DNA from: Gammaproteobacteria bacterium
GTDB taxonomy: Bacteria > Pseudomonadota > Gammaproteobacteria > Pseudomonadales > JADFDG01
Direction: 5' to 3'
NCBI GenBank assembly: GCA_046566765.1
Contig: JBKHWA010000001.1
Coordinates: 1 to 58,766 of the forward strand
DNA length: 58,766 bases
In this document: one piece after another, positions 9,864 to 19,263 of the stretch
How the letters are laid out: each line of letters opens with the position of its first letter
How positions within the stretch are numbered: the first letter of the stretch is position 1
Translations under genes and position numbers: made by a program
The notes under the pieces: generated by a model
What the model saw: only the letters and a program-made list of their open reading frames with translations
What the model was told of the DNA's origin: nothing
Database searches by the model: none

Positions 9864-10910
9864 TCAGGGGGCCGGGTTGGGTTGCTCGACGTGGATGGCT
9901 TCGATGCCCTTCAGCACTTCCCCGGAAAGTTTCAGCGACAGGCTGTCGATGTTTTCCCCGAGCTGGGCGATCGAGGTGGCGCCGATGATGTTCGAGGTCA
10001 CGAATGGCCGCGTGGTGACGTACTGGAGCGCCATCTGCACCGGGTTGATGCCGTGCTCTTTTGCCAGTGCGATGTACTTCGCGGTGGCGATTTCCGCTTG
10101 CGGGTTGGTGTAGCGTGAAAAGCGCTTGAACAGGCTGATGCGCGCTCCCTCGGGCCGGGCTCCGCCGAGGTATTTCCCGGAGAGCACGCCGAAGGCGAGC
10201 GGCGAGTAGACGAGCAGGCTGACTTTTTCGCGATGCGAAATCTCGGCGAGCCCGATCTCGTAGGTGCGGTTCAGCAGGTTGTACGGGTTCTGGATGCTGG
10301 CGATGCGTGGCAGGCCACGTGAATCCGCCTCGGCGAGGTAGCGCATCGTGCCCCAGGGGGTCTCGTTGGAGATGCCGACGTGTCGCACCTTGCCGGCCTT
10401 CACCAGCCCGGCCAGGACCTCCAGTGTCTCGGCGATCGGCGTTTGCACCTCGTCGTTGTCGACCTGCCGGTAGCCGAGCTTGCCGAAAAAGTTGGTGTTA
10501 CGGTCCGGCCAGTGCATCTGGTAAAGGTCGAGATAGTCGGTCTGCAGTCGCTTGAGGCTGCCGTCGATCGCTGCCTCGATGTGCTTGCGGTTGAGGCGCG
10601 GGCTGCCGTCGCGCACGTGCGGCAGCCAGTCGGCCTGGCCGCAGACCTTGCTGGCCAGCACGATCTTCTGCCGCATCCCCGGTCTTGCCCGGAACCAGTT
10701 GCCGATGATCGTCTCGGTGGTGCCGTAGGTCCGGTCGGTGGGGGGGACCGCGTACATCTCGGCGGTATCGATGAAGTTGATGCCCCGGTCGACCGCGAGG
10801 TCCATCTGCGCGAAGCCGTCCGCCTCGCTGTTCTGCTCGCCCCAGGTCATGCTGCCCAGGCAGAGGGCGCTTACCTTGAGGCCGGTGGTGCCAAGTTCGC
10901 GGTATTCCAT
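9864..10910 (-). CDS. tas: NADP(H)-dependent aldo-keto reductase, Tas-like
   Basis: From the ATG at 10910 the product (MEYRELGTTGLKVSALCLGSMTWGEQNSEAD...LDLYQMHWP...IQNPYNLLNR...) is colinear with E. coli Tas. The 690-aa track ORF is a run-on through the antisense of rplM/rpsI. Confidence 0.92.
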   Translation of the reverse strand: MEYRELGTTGLKVSALCLGSMTWGEQNSEADGFAQMDLAVDRGINFIDTAEMYAVPPTDRTYGTTETIIGNWFRARPGMRQKIVLASKVCGQADWLPHVRDGSPRLNRKHIEAAIDGSLKRLQTDYLDLYQMHWPDRNTNFFGKLGYRQVDNDEVQTPIAETLEVLAGLVKAGKVRHVGISNETPWGTMRYLAEADSRGLPRIASIQNPYNLLNRTYEIGLAEISHREKVSLLVYSPLAFGVLSGKYLGGARPEGARISLFKRFSRYTNPQAEIATAKYIALAKEHGINPVQMALQYVTTRPFVTSNIIGATSIAQLGENIDSLSLKLSGEVLKGIEAIHVEQPNPAP

Positions 10911-11033
10911 GGTGAGGGCTCCGGTGGCGGGGCGGTCCGGCACGGCGGCCCGGCTTTCCGGGCGACCGGACCCGGTCGGGAAGGCCGCGGATGTTAGCAG
11001 GACGCCCCCGGCGGGCGGGGCAGGTATGCGCCG

Positions 11034-11062
11034 TTGCCAAGGGAGGGGGGCTTGAGTAGAAT
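11034..11062 (+). promoter_or_regulatory. Sigma70-type promoter for rplM-rpsI
   Basis: TTGCCA, a 17-nt spacer, TAGAAT, then a GC-rich discriminator (GCGCCC). About 100 nt upstream of rplM. Confidence 0.6.
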
Positions 11063-11165
11063 GCGCCCTCCTTTTTGGGGGGCCACCCGTGGGCCAGGTG
11101 CCCGCCAACGCGGGGTTTTCCCCGGAAAAACACGCTCCGGCCGCAAGTTTCGAGGCAGCAAGAAC

Positions 11166-11597
11166 ATGAAGACTTTCAGCGCCAAGGCGCATGAAGTGAA
11201 GCGCGACTGGTTTGTCATCGACGCCGATGGCAAGACCCTGGGTCGCATGGCCACCGAGATTGCCCACCGTCTGCGTGGCAAGCACAAGGCCATCTATACC
11301 CCGCACGCAGATACCGGCGACTACATCGTCGTGATCAATGCCGGCAAGGTTCGCGTCACGGGCAACAAGGCCCTGGCCAAGACCTATTACCGCCACACCG
11401 AATACCCGGGCGGCATTCGCGAGGAATCCTTCGAGAAGCTGGTTGCCCGCAAGCCCGAGCGTGTCATCGAGATTGCGGTGCAGGGCATGCTGCCCCGCGG
11501 CCCGCTCGGCCGCGCCATGCTGCGCAAGATGAAGGTGTACCCGGGTGCCGCGCACCCGCACGCTGCCCAGCAGCCCCAGGAACTGAACGTAGGCTGA
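11166..11597 (+). CDS. rplM: 50S ribosomal protein L13
   Basis: [27 protein letters not shown]..., a typical L13 of 143 aa. The track start at 11034 is an upstream run-on. Confidence 0.96.
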   Translation: MKTFSAKAHEVKRDWFVIDADGKTLGRMATEIAHRLRGKHKAIYTPHADTGDYIVVINAGKVRVTGNKALAKTYYRHTEYPGGIREESFEKLVARKPERVIEIAVQGMLPRGPLGRAMLRKMKVYPGAAHPHAAQQPQELNVG

Positions 11598-11601
11598 TTT
11601 C

Positions 11602-11988
11602 GTGGACAAGAATATCGGCACTGGTCGCCGCAAGACCGCAACCGCCCGCGTCATCGTCCGCAAGGGCAAGGGCGCCATCACCATCAACGGCAAGTCGCTG
11701 GACCAGTACTTCGGCCGCGAGACCAGCCGCATGATGGTTCGCCAGCCGCTCGAGCTGATCGAGGCTGCTGAGAAGTTCGACATCTTTGTCCGCGTTGTCG
11801 GCGGCGGCCCGACCGGCCAGGCCGGCGCGATTCGCCACGGCATCACCCGCGCCCTGATCCGGTATGACGAGACGCTGCGCTCGCCGCTGCGCAAGGCCGG
11901 CTTCGTCACCCGCGACGCCCGCGAAGTCGAGCGCAAGAAGATCGGTCTGCGGAAGGCGCGTCGCCGTCCGCAATACTCGAAGCGCTAA
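11602..11988 (+). CDS. rpsI: 30S ribosomal protein S9
   Basis: GTG start. ...[12 protein letters not shown]...[19 protein letters not shown]...[12 protein letters not shown]. Confidence 0.96.
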   Translation: MDKNIGTGRRKTATARVIVRKGKGAITINGKSLDQYFGRETSRMMVRQPLELIEAAEKFDIFVRVVGGGPTGQAGAIRHGITRALIRYDETLRSPLRKAGFVTRDAREVERKKIGLRKARRRPQYSKR

Positions 11989-12003
11989 TCGCGTTTTGCT
12001 CGG

Positions 12004-12040
12004 AAAAACGCCCGGCTCGAAAGACCCGGGCGTTTTTTTG
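12004..12040 (+). terminator. Rho-independent terminator after rpsI
   Basis: ACGCCCGG stem, 10-nt loop, CCGGGCGT, followed by T7. Confidence 0.8.
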
Positions 12041-12185
12041 GCTCGTTGACACAGGTCATGCGGGCGCATTTATCCACGTGCACCGTGTTGGCAATACAAG
12101 GCCTTTTCTTTACCATTTGAGCCCCTTTTCCGGGGTCCCGCCGTTCGGCAACAGTTGCCCGGATGGCGGTTGCGGAGACCACTCG

Positions 12186-12767
12186 ATGAGCACTGATGGT
12201 GTAGACAACAGCAGGCGCACTTTCCTCGTCGGCGTCACCGCCGGCATTGGTGCGCTGGGTGCGGCAGCCGCCGCGGTTCCGTTCGTGATGTCGTGGATGC
12301 CGAGCGCCAGGGCCCGGGCGGCCGGCGCGGCCATCACGATCGACGTGAGCAAGGTCGAGGTCGGCGGTTTCGTGGTGTACGAGTGGCGCGGCAAGCCGGT
12401 GTGGATCCTCCGCCGCACGCCGGAAATGCTCGACAGCCTGGCCAAGCTCGAGGGTGGCCTGCGCGACCCGCAATCCGACGAGCCGCAGCAACCCGCCTAC
12501 GCGAAGAACGCGACGCGCTCGATCAAGCCGGAGATCCTCGTCCTGCTGGGTGTGTGCACGCACCTCGGCTGCTCGCCGAAGTACGAGAAGCAGCCGACCG
12601 TCGACCTGCAGTACGGCGGTTTCTTCTGCGCTTGCCACGGCTCGAAGTACGACTTTGCCGGCCGCGTGTACAAGGGCGTACCGGCGCCGCTTAACCTGGA
12701 AGTCCCGGCACACTATTACCAGTCCGAGAACGTCATCGTGATCGGTGAAGAGGGGAGCGCGGCATGA
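12186..12767 (+). CDS. petA: Ubiquinol-cytochrome c reductase Rieske iron-sulfur subunit
   Basis: Tat-type N-terminus (SRRTFLVG) and Rieske boxes CTHLGC and CACHGS. The ATG at 12186 was preferred to the track start at 12078. Confidence 0.92.
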   Translation: MSTDGVDNSRRTFLVGVTAGIGALGAAAAAVPFVMSWMPSARARAAGAAITIDVSKVEVGGFVVYEWRGKPVWILRRTPEMLDSLAKLEGGLRDPQSDEPQQPAYAKNATRSIKPEILVLLGVCTHLGCSPKYEKQPTVDLQYGGFFCACHGSKYDFAGRVYKGVPAPLNLEVPAHYYQSENVIVIGEEGSAA

Positions 12768-14002
12768 TGAACTGGCTCACCAGGACCGCGACCGGCCTCA
12801 TGGGCTGGGTCGATGAGCGCATGGCCGTCACCGAGACGTACAAGGCGCACATGTCGGAGTACTACGCTCCGAAGAACTTCAACTTCTGGTACTACTTCGG
12901 CGTCCTGTCGATGATCGTGCTGGTCAACCAGTTGCTCACCGGCATCTGGCTGACGATGTTCTACACGCCGACCGCCGAGGGTGCGTTCGCGTCGATCGAA
13001 TACATCATGCGCGACGTCGAGTACGGCTGGCTGATCCGCTACATGCACGCGGTCGGCGCCTCGGCGTTCTTCCTCGTTGTCTACCTGCACATGTTCCGCG
13101 GCTTGCTGTACGGCTCGTACAAGGCACCACGCGAACTGGTGTGGATCTTCGGCATGCTGATCTACCTTGCGCTGATGGCGGAGGGCTTCATGGGCTACGT
13201 GCTGCCCTGGGGCAACATGTCGTACTGGGGCGCGCAGGTCATCATCTCGCTGTTCGGCGCCATCCCGGTGATCGGCGAGGATCTCACCGTCTGGATTCGT
13301 GGCGACTACCTGCTCTCCGGTGCCTCGCTGACCCGCTTCTTCGCGCTGCACGTGGTGGCGATCCCGATCGTGTTGCTGGCGCTGGTCGTGCTGCACATCA
13401 TCGCCCTGCACGAGGTTGGCTCGAACAACCCGGACGGCGTGGAGATCAAGAAAACCAAGAATGCGCAGGGCATTCCGCTGGACGGCATTCCGTTCCACCC
13501 GTATTACTCGGTGAAGGACACCGTCGGCATCGTCGTGTTCCTGATCCTGTTTGCCGCGGTCATCTTCTACATGCCGACCGGTGGTGGCTACCTGATCGAG
13601 AAGCCGAACTTCGAGCCGGCGGATCCGCTGAAGACCCCGGCGCACATTGCACCGGTTTGGTACTACGGCGCCTACTACGCGATGCTGCGTGCCATTCCCG
13701 ACAAGCTGGCCGGGGTGATCGTGATGTTTGGCGCCATCGCCATCCTGTTCGTGCTGCCTTGGCTTGACCGCAACCCGATCAAGTCGATCCGCTACAAGGG
13801 CATGGTGAGCAAGGTGTCGATCATGGTGTTCGCCGCGGTGTTCGTCATGCTGACCTGGCTCGGCACCCAGCCGGCGACCGGCCTCTACACGCTGCTGGCG
13901 CAGATCGGCACTGCCTACTACTTCGCCTTCTTCCTGGTGCTGATGCCGTTCATGCACAAGTGGGAGCAATCGAAGCCGGTACCCGAGCGGGTCACGGGCT
14001 GA
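12764..14002 (+). CDS. petB: Cytochrome b
   Basis: 412 aa and polytopic, with conserved His ligands in the RYMHAVGAS and ALHV contexts. ATGA overlap with petA. Confidence 0.95.
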   Translation: MMNWLTRTATGLMGWVDERMAVTETYKAHMSEYYAPKNFNFWYYFGVLSMIVLVNQLLTGIWLTMFYTPTAEGAFASIEYIMRDVEYGWLIRYMHAVGASAFFLVVYLHMFRGLLYGSYKAPRELVWIFGMLIYLALMAEGFMGYVLPWGNMSYWGAQVIISLFGAIPVIGEDLTVWIRGDYLLSGASLTRFFALHVVAIPIVLLALVVLHIIALHEVGSNNPDGVEIKKTKNAQGIPLDGIPFHPYYSVKDTVGIVVFLILFAAVIFYMPTGGGYLIEKPNFEPADPLKTPAHIAPVWYYGAYYAMLRAIPDKLAGVIVMFGAIAILFVLPWLDRNPIKSIRYKGMVSKVSIMVFAAVFVMLTWLGTQPATGLYTLLAQIGTAYYFAFFLVLMPFMHKWEQSKPVPERVTG

Positions 14003-14012
14003 GGACATGACG

Positions 14013-14672
14013 ATGAAAAAACTTCTCCTCGTTGCCCTGCTTGCCCTGCTGTCGCCGTTGGCGTCTGCGGCCGGCGGTGAAAGCAACCCGTACGTGGTCA
14101 AGGCGCCGATCTCGATCACCGACAAGGCGCAGCTCCAGCGTGGTGCGCAGTTGTTCGTGAACTACTGCTTCGGTTGCCACTCGATGAAGTACCTGCGCTA
14201 TGAGCGCATGGCCACCGACCTCGACATCCCGCTGGATCTCCTGGCCGGCAACCTGATGCTGAATACCGACAAGGTCGGCAGCCCGATGCTGAACGGCCTT
14301 GATCCGGTGCAGGCCAAGAAGTGGTTTGGCGTAGTGCCGCCGGATCTCACCCTTGAGGCAAAGTTGCGTGGTGCTGACTGGGTGTATTCCTACCTGATCA
14401 GCTTCTACGAAGATCCCTCCCGCCCGTGGGGCGTGAACAACCACGTCTTCCCGAACGTGGGCATGCCGCACATCATGGCGGACATGCAGCACAGCCTGCC
14501 GGAGGAGGAGTTCAAGGCCCGCATGGCCGATATCACCGCCTTCCTTGAGTACGCCGCCGAGCCGATCCAGGCCACGCGGATGATGATGGGCATCTTCGTG
14601 ATCGGCTTCCTGCTGGTCCTGCTCATCTTCGCCTGGCTGATGAAGCGGGAGTTCTGGAAGGACGTCCACTGA
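14013..14672 (+). CDS. petC: Cytochrome c1
   Basis: Signal peptide, CFGCHS heme motif and a C-terminal TM anchor. The ATG at 14013 lies 7 nt after GAGGA. The alternative ATG at 14007 is the track start. Confidence 0.9.
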   Translation: MKKLLLVALLALLSPLASAAGGESNPYVVKAPISITDKAQLQRGAQLFVNYCFGCHSMKYLRYERMATDLDIPLDLLAGNLMLNTDKVGSPMLNGLDPVQAKKWFGVVPPDLTLEAKLRGADWVYSYLISFYEDPSRPWGVNNHVFPNVGMPHIMADMQHSLPEEEFKARMADITAFLEYAAEPIQATRMMMGIFVIGFLLVLLIFAWLMKREFWKDVH

Positions 14673-14711
14673 CCGGCCGTCAGTCCACCGTAACAATCCG
14701 GAAAGGGTAGC

Positions 14712-14746
14712 TGAGCGATCAGTTACCCTTTTCGCGTCTCTCGATG
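14712..14746 (+). terminator. Rho-independent terminator after petC
   Basis: AAGGGTAGCTGA-GCGA-TCAGTTACCCTT: a 12-bp stem with one G.U pair and a GCGA tetraloop, followed by TTTT. Confidence 0.8.
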
Positions 14747-14755
14747 AGGGGTCCG

Positions 14756-15400
14756 ATGAGCATGGGTGTCGTCTCCAAGCGGTCGTCGATGGTCTTCTTC
14801 TCGGATGGCCTCGACCACTACAGCCACCGGGTGCGGATCGTGCTCGCGGAGAAGGGTGTGGCGGTGGACGTCATCGACGTCGACCCTTCGGATTTGCCGG
14901 CCGAGGTGACGGACCATAACCCGTACAACACGGTGCCGCTGCTCATGGATCGCGACCTGGCGCTGCATGAGCCGGACGTGATGATGGAATACCTTGACGA
15001 GCGCTTCCCGCATCCGCCGTTGCTGCCGGTCTACCCGGTGGCCCGCGCCGAGAGTCGTCAGTACCTGCGCCGCATTCGCCGGGATTGGTGTGACAAGGTC
15101 GACCTGGTCCTCGCCGGCAAGGAGAAGGAAGCGGCGATCACCAAGGCGCGCAAGGAGCTTCGCGACAGCCTGCTGGCGCTTTCGCCGATCTTTGAGCAGA
15201 AGCCGTTTTTCATGAGTGATGAGTTCACCATCGTCGACTGCGCGATGGCGCCTATCCTGTGGAGATTGCCGCTGCTCGGTATCGAGCTGCCGCCCAAGCA
15301 GGGGCGCGGGCTGCTGAAATATTGCGAGCGACTGTTTCGTCGCGACGGTTTCCAGGCCAGCTTGTCTGACCGTGAACGCGAGATCCGCCAGCCCTACTGA
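14756..15400 (+). CDS. sspA: Stringent starvation protein A (GST-fold, RNAP-associated)
   Basis: Colinear with E. coli SspA ([26 protein letters not shown]..., [13 protein letters not shown]..., LWRLP). The start is ambiguous among 14744, 14756 and 14762. Confidence 0.93.
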   Translation: MSMGVVSKRSSMVFFSDGLDHYSHRVRIVLAEKGVAVDVIDVDPSDLPAEVTDHNPYNTVPLLMDRDLALHEPDVMMEYLDERFPHPPLLPVYPVARAESRQYLRRIRRDWCDKVDLVLAGKEKEAAITKARKELRDSLLALSPIFEQKPFFMSDEFTIVDCAMAPILWRLPLLGIELPPKQGRGLLKYCERLFRRDGFQASLSDREREIRQPY

Positions 15401-15456
15401 CTAGACTATCCGGACGCGGAACGGGCCGATTGCCGGCCTGGCCGCCCGGAGACACC

Positions 15457-15849
15457 ATGACCCCGACCCGCCCCTACCTCGTACGCGCTTTCTACGACTG
15501 GATTCTCGACAACGGACTGACCCCCTACCTCCTCGTCGATGCCACGATCGAGGGCGCCTCGTTGCCGGCCGCTTACGTGCGTGATGGCCGCATTGTGCTG
15601 AACGTGGCGCCGGCGGCGGTAACCGACCTGCAGTTCGGCATCACCCATGTCACGTTCAGCGCGCGCTTCAATGGCGTGGCGCAGGTGATCCGGCTGCCGG
15701 TGGCGTCGATCATGGCGATCTATGCCCGCGAGAACGGCCAGGGCATGTTCTTCGGCAACGAGGATGACGTAGTGGATGGCCCGCGTTCGCCGGACGATCA
15801 CGCGCCGGAACCGGCCCGCGGTCGCCCCGCGCTCCGCGTCGTCAAGTAA
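15457..15849 (+). CDS. sspB: Stringent starvation protein B (ClpXP adaptor)
   Basis: MTPTRPYLVRAFYDWILDNGLTPYLLVDA... with a C-terminal ...RPALRVVK (ClpX-binding tail type). GGAGA SD lies before the ATG at 15457. Confidence 0.92.
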   Translation: MTPTRPYLVRAFYDWILDNGLTPYLLVDATIEGASLPAAYVRDGRIVLNVAPAAVTDLQFGITHVTFSARFNGVAQVIRLPVASIMAIYARENGQGMFFGNEDDVVDGPRSPDDHAPEPARGRPALRVVK

Positions 15850-15872
15850 AGCCGGACTGGCTGCGGCGCGAT

Positions 15873-16463
15873 TCAGCGCGTCGCGTTCTTCGGGTCGATG
15901 TATTCGACGATCTTCACGATCTTCTGCACACCATAGACCTTGCGGGCGCTGGCGACGGCCATCTCTGCCTCGTCACGCGTCAGCAGGCCCATCAGGTAGA
16001 CCACGCCGTTCTCGGTGACGACCTTGATCCGCCGTCCGGGCACGTCCGGCCCGAACAGCAATCTCATCTTTACCCGGGTGGTGATCGACGCATCGCTGGC
16101 GCGAACCAGCGGGCTGATCGGGTCGCCGACTTCCAGTTCGTTGTGCACGTGCAGCACGTGGCGGATCGCTGCCGCAGTGGCCTCCGCCTTCTGCTTCAGC
16201 TCGGTATTGGCCACCTGCCCGGCAAGCAGGACCTGGCCGTTCCAGCTCACGATCACCAGGCGGGAATCGCGCATGCCCGGGATGGTGCGAATCGAATTGA
16301 TGTAGGCCTTGCGTTCGATGCGGTGATCCTCGATTTTCGCGCCGAGCGTTCGCGTGCCGTGATACTGGTCTACCGCCTGGTCGGATATCGGTGCTACCCA
16401 GCTGGCGCAGCCGGCGAGGGCCAGCAGCAAGACGAAGGGCAAGGATCTCAGTACGGCATTCAC
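15873..16463 (-). CDS. dolP: Dual-BON-domain outer-membrane lipoprotein (DolP/YraP)
   Basis: Lipobox LLALAGC, two BON domains, GTG start overlapping the diaA stop (GTGA). Conserved lpoA-yraN-diaA-dolP order. Confidence 0.85.
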   Translation of the reverse strand: MNAVLRSLPFVLLLALAGCASWVAPISDQAVDQYHGTRTLGAKIEDHRIERKAYINSIRTIPGMRDSRLVIVSWNGQVLLAGQVANTELKQKAEATAAAIRHVLHVHNELEVGDPISPLVRASDASITTRVKMRLLFGPDVPGRRIKVVTENGVVYLMGLLTRDEAEMAVASARKVYGVQKIVKIVEYIDPKNATR

Positions 16464-17053
16464 GGGTTGTCTCCGAAGAGTTCGCGTTCGAGAAGATCGC
16501 AGAGTACGTTGACCAGCAGCAAGTGAATTTCCCCGCTGCGGATGGGGGAGGACGTCGCCACGTGGATTTCGATGTCGTCATGCCCCAGCACTCGCGCGAG
16601 ATCTCCGCCATCGTGTCCGGTCAGGGCGATCACGGCCATGCCGCGCTCGTGTGCCGCGACGACGGCCTGCACGGTGTTGGCGGACATGCCGGAAGCGGAT
16701 ATTGCGAGCAACACATCGCCGGCCTGGCCCAGTGCGCGCAGTTGCCTGGAAAAGGTATCGGCAAGGCCATAGTTGCCTGCCAGCGCCGTTGCCAGCGAGG
16801 CGTTCTCCGACAGGCAGAACACCGGCAGCCCGGGCCGCTCGCGCTCGAGGCGGCCGAGCAGGTTGGTGGCAAACTGCTGCGCGTTGATCGCCGAGTTCGC
16901 GTTGCCGCAGGCAAAGATCCTTCCTTCGTCGAGCAGGCAGCGAGCCAGCAGGCCGGCGCCGGCGACCAGGGCGGGGGTCTGCGTTTCGAGGACGGCAGCG
17001 GCGGCATCGATGTGGCCACTGATCATGTCGCGTACGGCGTCTTCCGGTTCCAT
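16460..17053 (-). CDS. diaA: SIS-domain DnaA initiator-associating protein DiaA (GmhA-like)
   Basis: From the ATG at 17053 the product is colinear with E. coli DiaA (CGNANSAINAQQFA..., ERPGLP, GDVLLAISASG, ALTGHDGG, NVLCDL). Confidence 0.85.
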   Translation of the reverse strand: MEPEDAVRDMISGHIDAAAAVLETQTPALVAGAGLLARCLLDEGRIFACGNANSAINAQQFATNLLGRLERERPGLPVFCLSENASLATALAGNYGLADTFSRQLRALGQAGDVLLAISASGMSANTVQAVVAAHERGMAVIALTGHDGGDLARVLGHDDIEIHVATSSPIRSGEIHLLLVNVLCDLLERELFGDNP

Positions 17054-17066
17054 GTCGTCCGTTCGA

Positions 17067-17435
17067 TTACCAGGAGGGGGCGGAGAAGGCGTCGCGCAAC
17101 CACTGCAGTTCCTCGCCGTCGATGGCGACGATATCAAAGCGGGCGGGCAACCCGGCCTCGCGCGGGTGCCGGCCAAGCCATGCGCGGGCGGCGCGCACGA
17201 AGCGCTGCTGCTTGCCGGCGTCGATGCTCTCGATAGCGCTCACGGCACTGCCCTGCTGGCGCGCGCGGACCTCGACGAAAACCAGGATGTCGCCCTCGCG
17301 CATGACCAGGTCGAGTTCGCCGAGGCGGCAACGCCAGCCGGCCTCGAGACAGTGCAGGCCGCGGGCCTCCAGATGTGCACGGGCACGGCGTTCACCGTCG
17401 ACGCCACGTTCGCGTCGCTGGTCAGGGCGCGTCAT
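17067..17435 (-). CDS. yraN: YraN family (UPF0102) endonuclease-like protein
   Basis: 122 aa with GELDLV...VFVEVR...ID..K motifs. Its position lies between lpoA and diaA. Confidence 0.85.
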   Translation of the reverse strand: MTRPDQRRERGVDGERRARAHLEARGLHCLEAGWRCRLGELDLVMREGDILVFVEVRARQQGSAVSAIESIDAGKQQRFVRAARAWLGRHPREAGLPARFDIVAIDGEELQWLRDAFSAPSW

Positions 17436-19263
17436 CCAGTGGCTCCACCTTGCCGTTGCGATAAAGCATCCAGTCGAGACGGCGATGAACGCGCCGCTGC
17501 GGATCGAGCGAAAGCGCGCCGGTCATGCCGCCGATCTCGCCGGTCTGCGACAGCAGTGGCAGTTGTACGCCGAGCTTCCAGGCATCGATGCCCATCGCCA
17601 GCAGCCGCAGGTAACGCTCGTCGGTATCGCGCCACGCGGCATCCGAGCGCTGCCGCACCGGTTGCCCGGGATCGGCGATCCACGGCATTTCCACGAAGCG
17701 GATCCCGGCGAGATCGCGCGCCGAGGTGGGCGTGGGTTGCCCGTTGATCTGCGAGGTGGAGTAGAGCGCAAGATCGCCGCCGTGCTGGTACTGCACCGCC
17801 GGCACCAGCTGGGTGCCCTGCAGCGTGTTGCCGATGATGAACAGGCAGTCGATATCCTGTCGGCGTTTCGGCGTGAAGCCGAGCTCGAGGCCGGTGAGAC
17901 GCTGGATGCGGGCATGGCGGAGATCGCTGACGGCGATTTCCAGCGCGTTCCGGACCACCTCGTTGTAGTCGCCGTTGCCCTGGTAGGTACCCACCGCGCG
18001 CAACTGCCCGCCGCCGGCCTGCATGGCATGTGCCAGCTCGTTGGCCATGCGTTCACCCCACTCGCCGGCCGGTACCAGTGCAACCCCGCGCCGGTGGCCA
18101 GCGGCAATCGCCGCGCTGGCGACCTGCCGTGCCTCGTCTTCCGGTGCCAGCCCGAAGAAATAGAGCGATGCCGGGCCGGTTGCCGCGACCTGGGCGCCGG
18201 CGGGAGCGTCGGGATAGTTGAGTGCGATGGTCACGACCGGCAATTTGCCGCGCTCCTGCAGCAGCTTCAGGTTTTCCTTTTCCAGCGGGCCGAGCACGAC
18301 CTGGGCGCCGTCGCGTATCGCGGAGTCGTAAAGCGAGTTGAAGTCGCTCTGGCTGGAATCGTAGAAGCGCAGCGCGGGGACATCGCCGCCGTTGCCGCGG
18401 GCGAGGAACCAGCCGGTGAGAATTCCACGCTCGATGGCGGTGCCGGCACTGGCGAACTTGCCGTGCCGCGGCAGCAATACGGCGATCTGTGCGGGGCCGG
18501 CCTCGGTCCTGGCGCCGCGTGCCTGCCGTATCGCCGCCGGTGGCCGCTGCGCCGCCGGGTGCCCGGGATGCTCCTGCATCCAGGCGTCGATGCGGGCGGC
18601 GAGCAGGCCGGGGTTGTCCACGCCTTCGCGGCCGAGCCGGGCCAGCGCCGCCCAGCCGCGCACTTCGGCGTTGCCGTCTGCTTCAAGCTGGCGCAGCGGT
18701 TCGCGGCCAACACGCATCAGCAGCGCCCAAAGCGCGTCCTCGTTGGCGGCGCGCTGGGTCGCCGGGAAAGCGGCGTTGGTCGCGGCGCGCTCGCGCGCGG
18801 CTGCCGCAACCTGGCCGCGACGCTCCAGCACCGTCGCCCGACGATCGGCCACGCGCGCGACATCCGCCGGGTCCAGGTCATCGACAAACCCGTAATGACC
18901 TTCCGGTGGCCGGGCGATCGCCCGCCAGGCGCCCTCGACGTTGCCGCCGCCGAGCCGGGCGTCGACCAGCGCCACCAGGAAGTTTCCGCGCTGGCTGCGG
19001 GCCAGCGTTTTCGCATCGATCCGCGTCAGCGCGTCTTCGGCCTTCGCATGGGCCTGCGCCGAGTTGTAGAGTTGCGCGGCCGACAGCAACCGCTGGTCGG
19101 CGGTGGCACCGGTGGCGTCAGCGACCAGGGCGTCGGCGCGCTGCAGTCGTTCCTCGACCGGAATGGCGGAGGCAGCGAGCGGGTCGCCTGACTGGCAACC
19201 GCTGCTGAATACCACCAGCAGCATGGCAATCAGCAAGCGACCGGCGAGGGCAGGCTTTTGCAT
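17422..19263 (-). CDS. lpoA: Penicillin-binding protein activator LpoA (outer-membrane lipoprotein)
   Basis: The ATG at 19263 gives MQKPALAGRLLIAMLLVVFSSGC (lipobox). N-terminal TPR-like domain plus a C-terminal periplasmic-binding-like domain. The 992-aa track ORF is a run-on across the rsmI/rnpB antisense. Confidence 0.88.
   Translation of the reverse strand: MQKPALAGRLLIAMLLVVFSSGCQSGDPLAASAIPVEERLQRADALVADATGATADQRLLSAAQLYNSAQAHAKAEDALTRIDAKTLARSQRGNFLVALVDARLGGGNVEGAWRAIARPPEGHYGFVDDLDPADVARVADRRATVLERRGQVAAAARERAATNAAFPATQRAANEDALWALLMRVGREPLRQLEADGNAEVRGWAALARLGREGVDNPGLLAARIDAWMQEHPGHPAAQRPPAAIRQARGARTEAGPAQIAVLLPRHGKFASAGTAIERGILTGWFLARGNGGDVPALRFYDSSQSDFNSLYDSAIRDGAQVVLGPLEKENLKLLQERGKLPVVTIALNYPDAPAGAQVAATGPASLYFFGLAPEDEARQVASAAIAAGHRRGVALVPAGEWGERMANELAHAMQAGGGQLRAVGTYQGNGDYNEVVRNALEIAVSDLRHARIQRLTGLELGFTPKRRQDIDCLFIIGNTLQGTQLVPAVQYQHGGDLALYSTSQINGQPTPTSARDLAGIRFVEMPWIADPGQPVRQRSDAAWRDTDERYLRLLAMGIDAWKLGVQLPLLSQTGEIGGMTGALSLDPQRRVHRRLDWMLYRNGKVEPLDDAP

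Noticed and set aside
9864-11936. 690-aa minus-strand ORF read as a single large protein.
   Set aside because: Only the 3' 348 codons (from the ATG at 10910) are Tas-like. The upstream part runs antisense through the rplM promoter, rplM and rpsI, so it is a run-on rather than a fusion. The same logic was applied to 17422..20400(-), 22794..25772(+), 27416..29614(+), 31556..33313(+) and 33669..35111(+).
12716-14125. 469-aa minus-strand ORF.
   Set aside because: Antisense to cytochrome b (petB).
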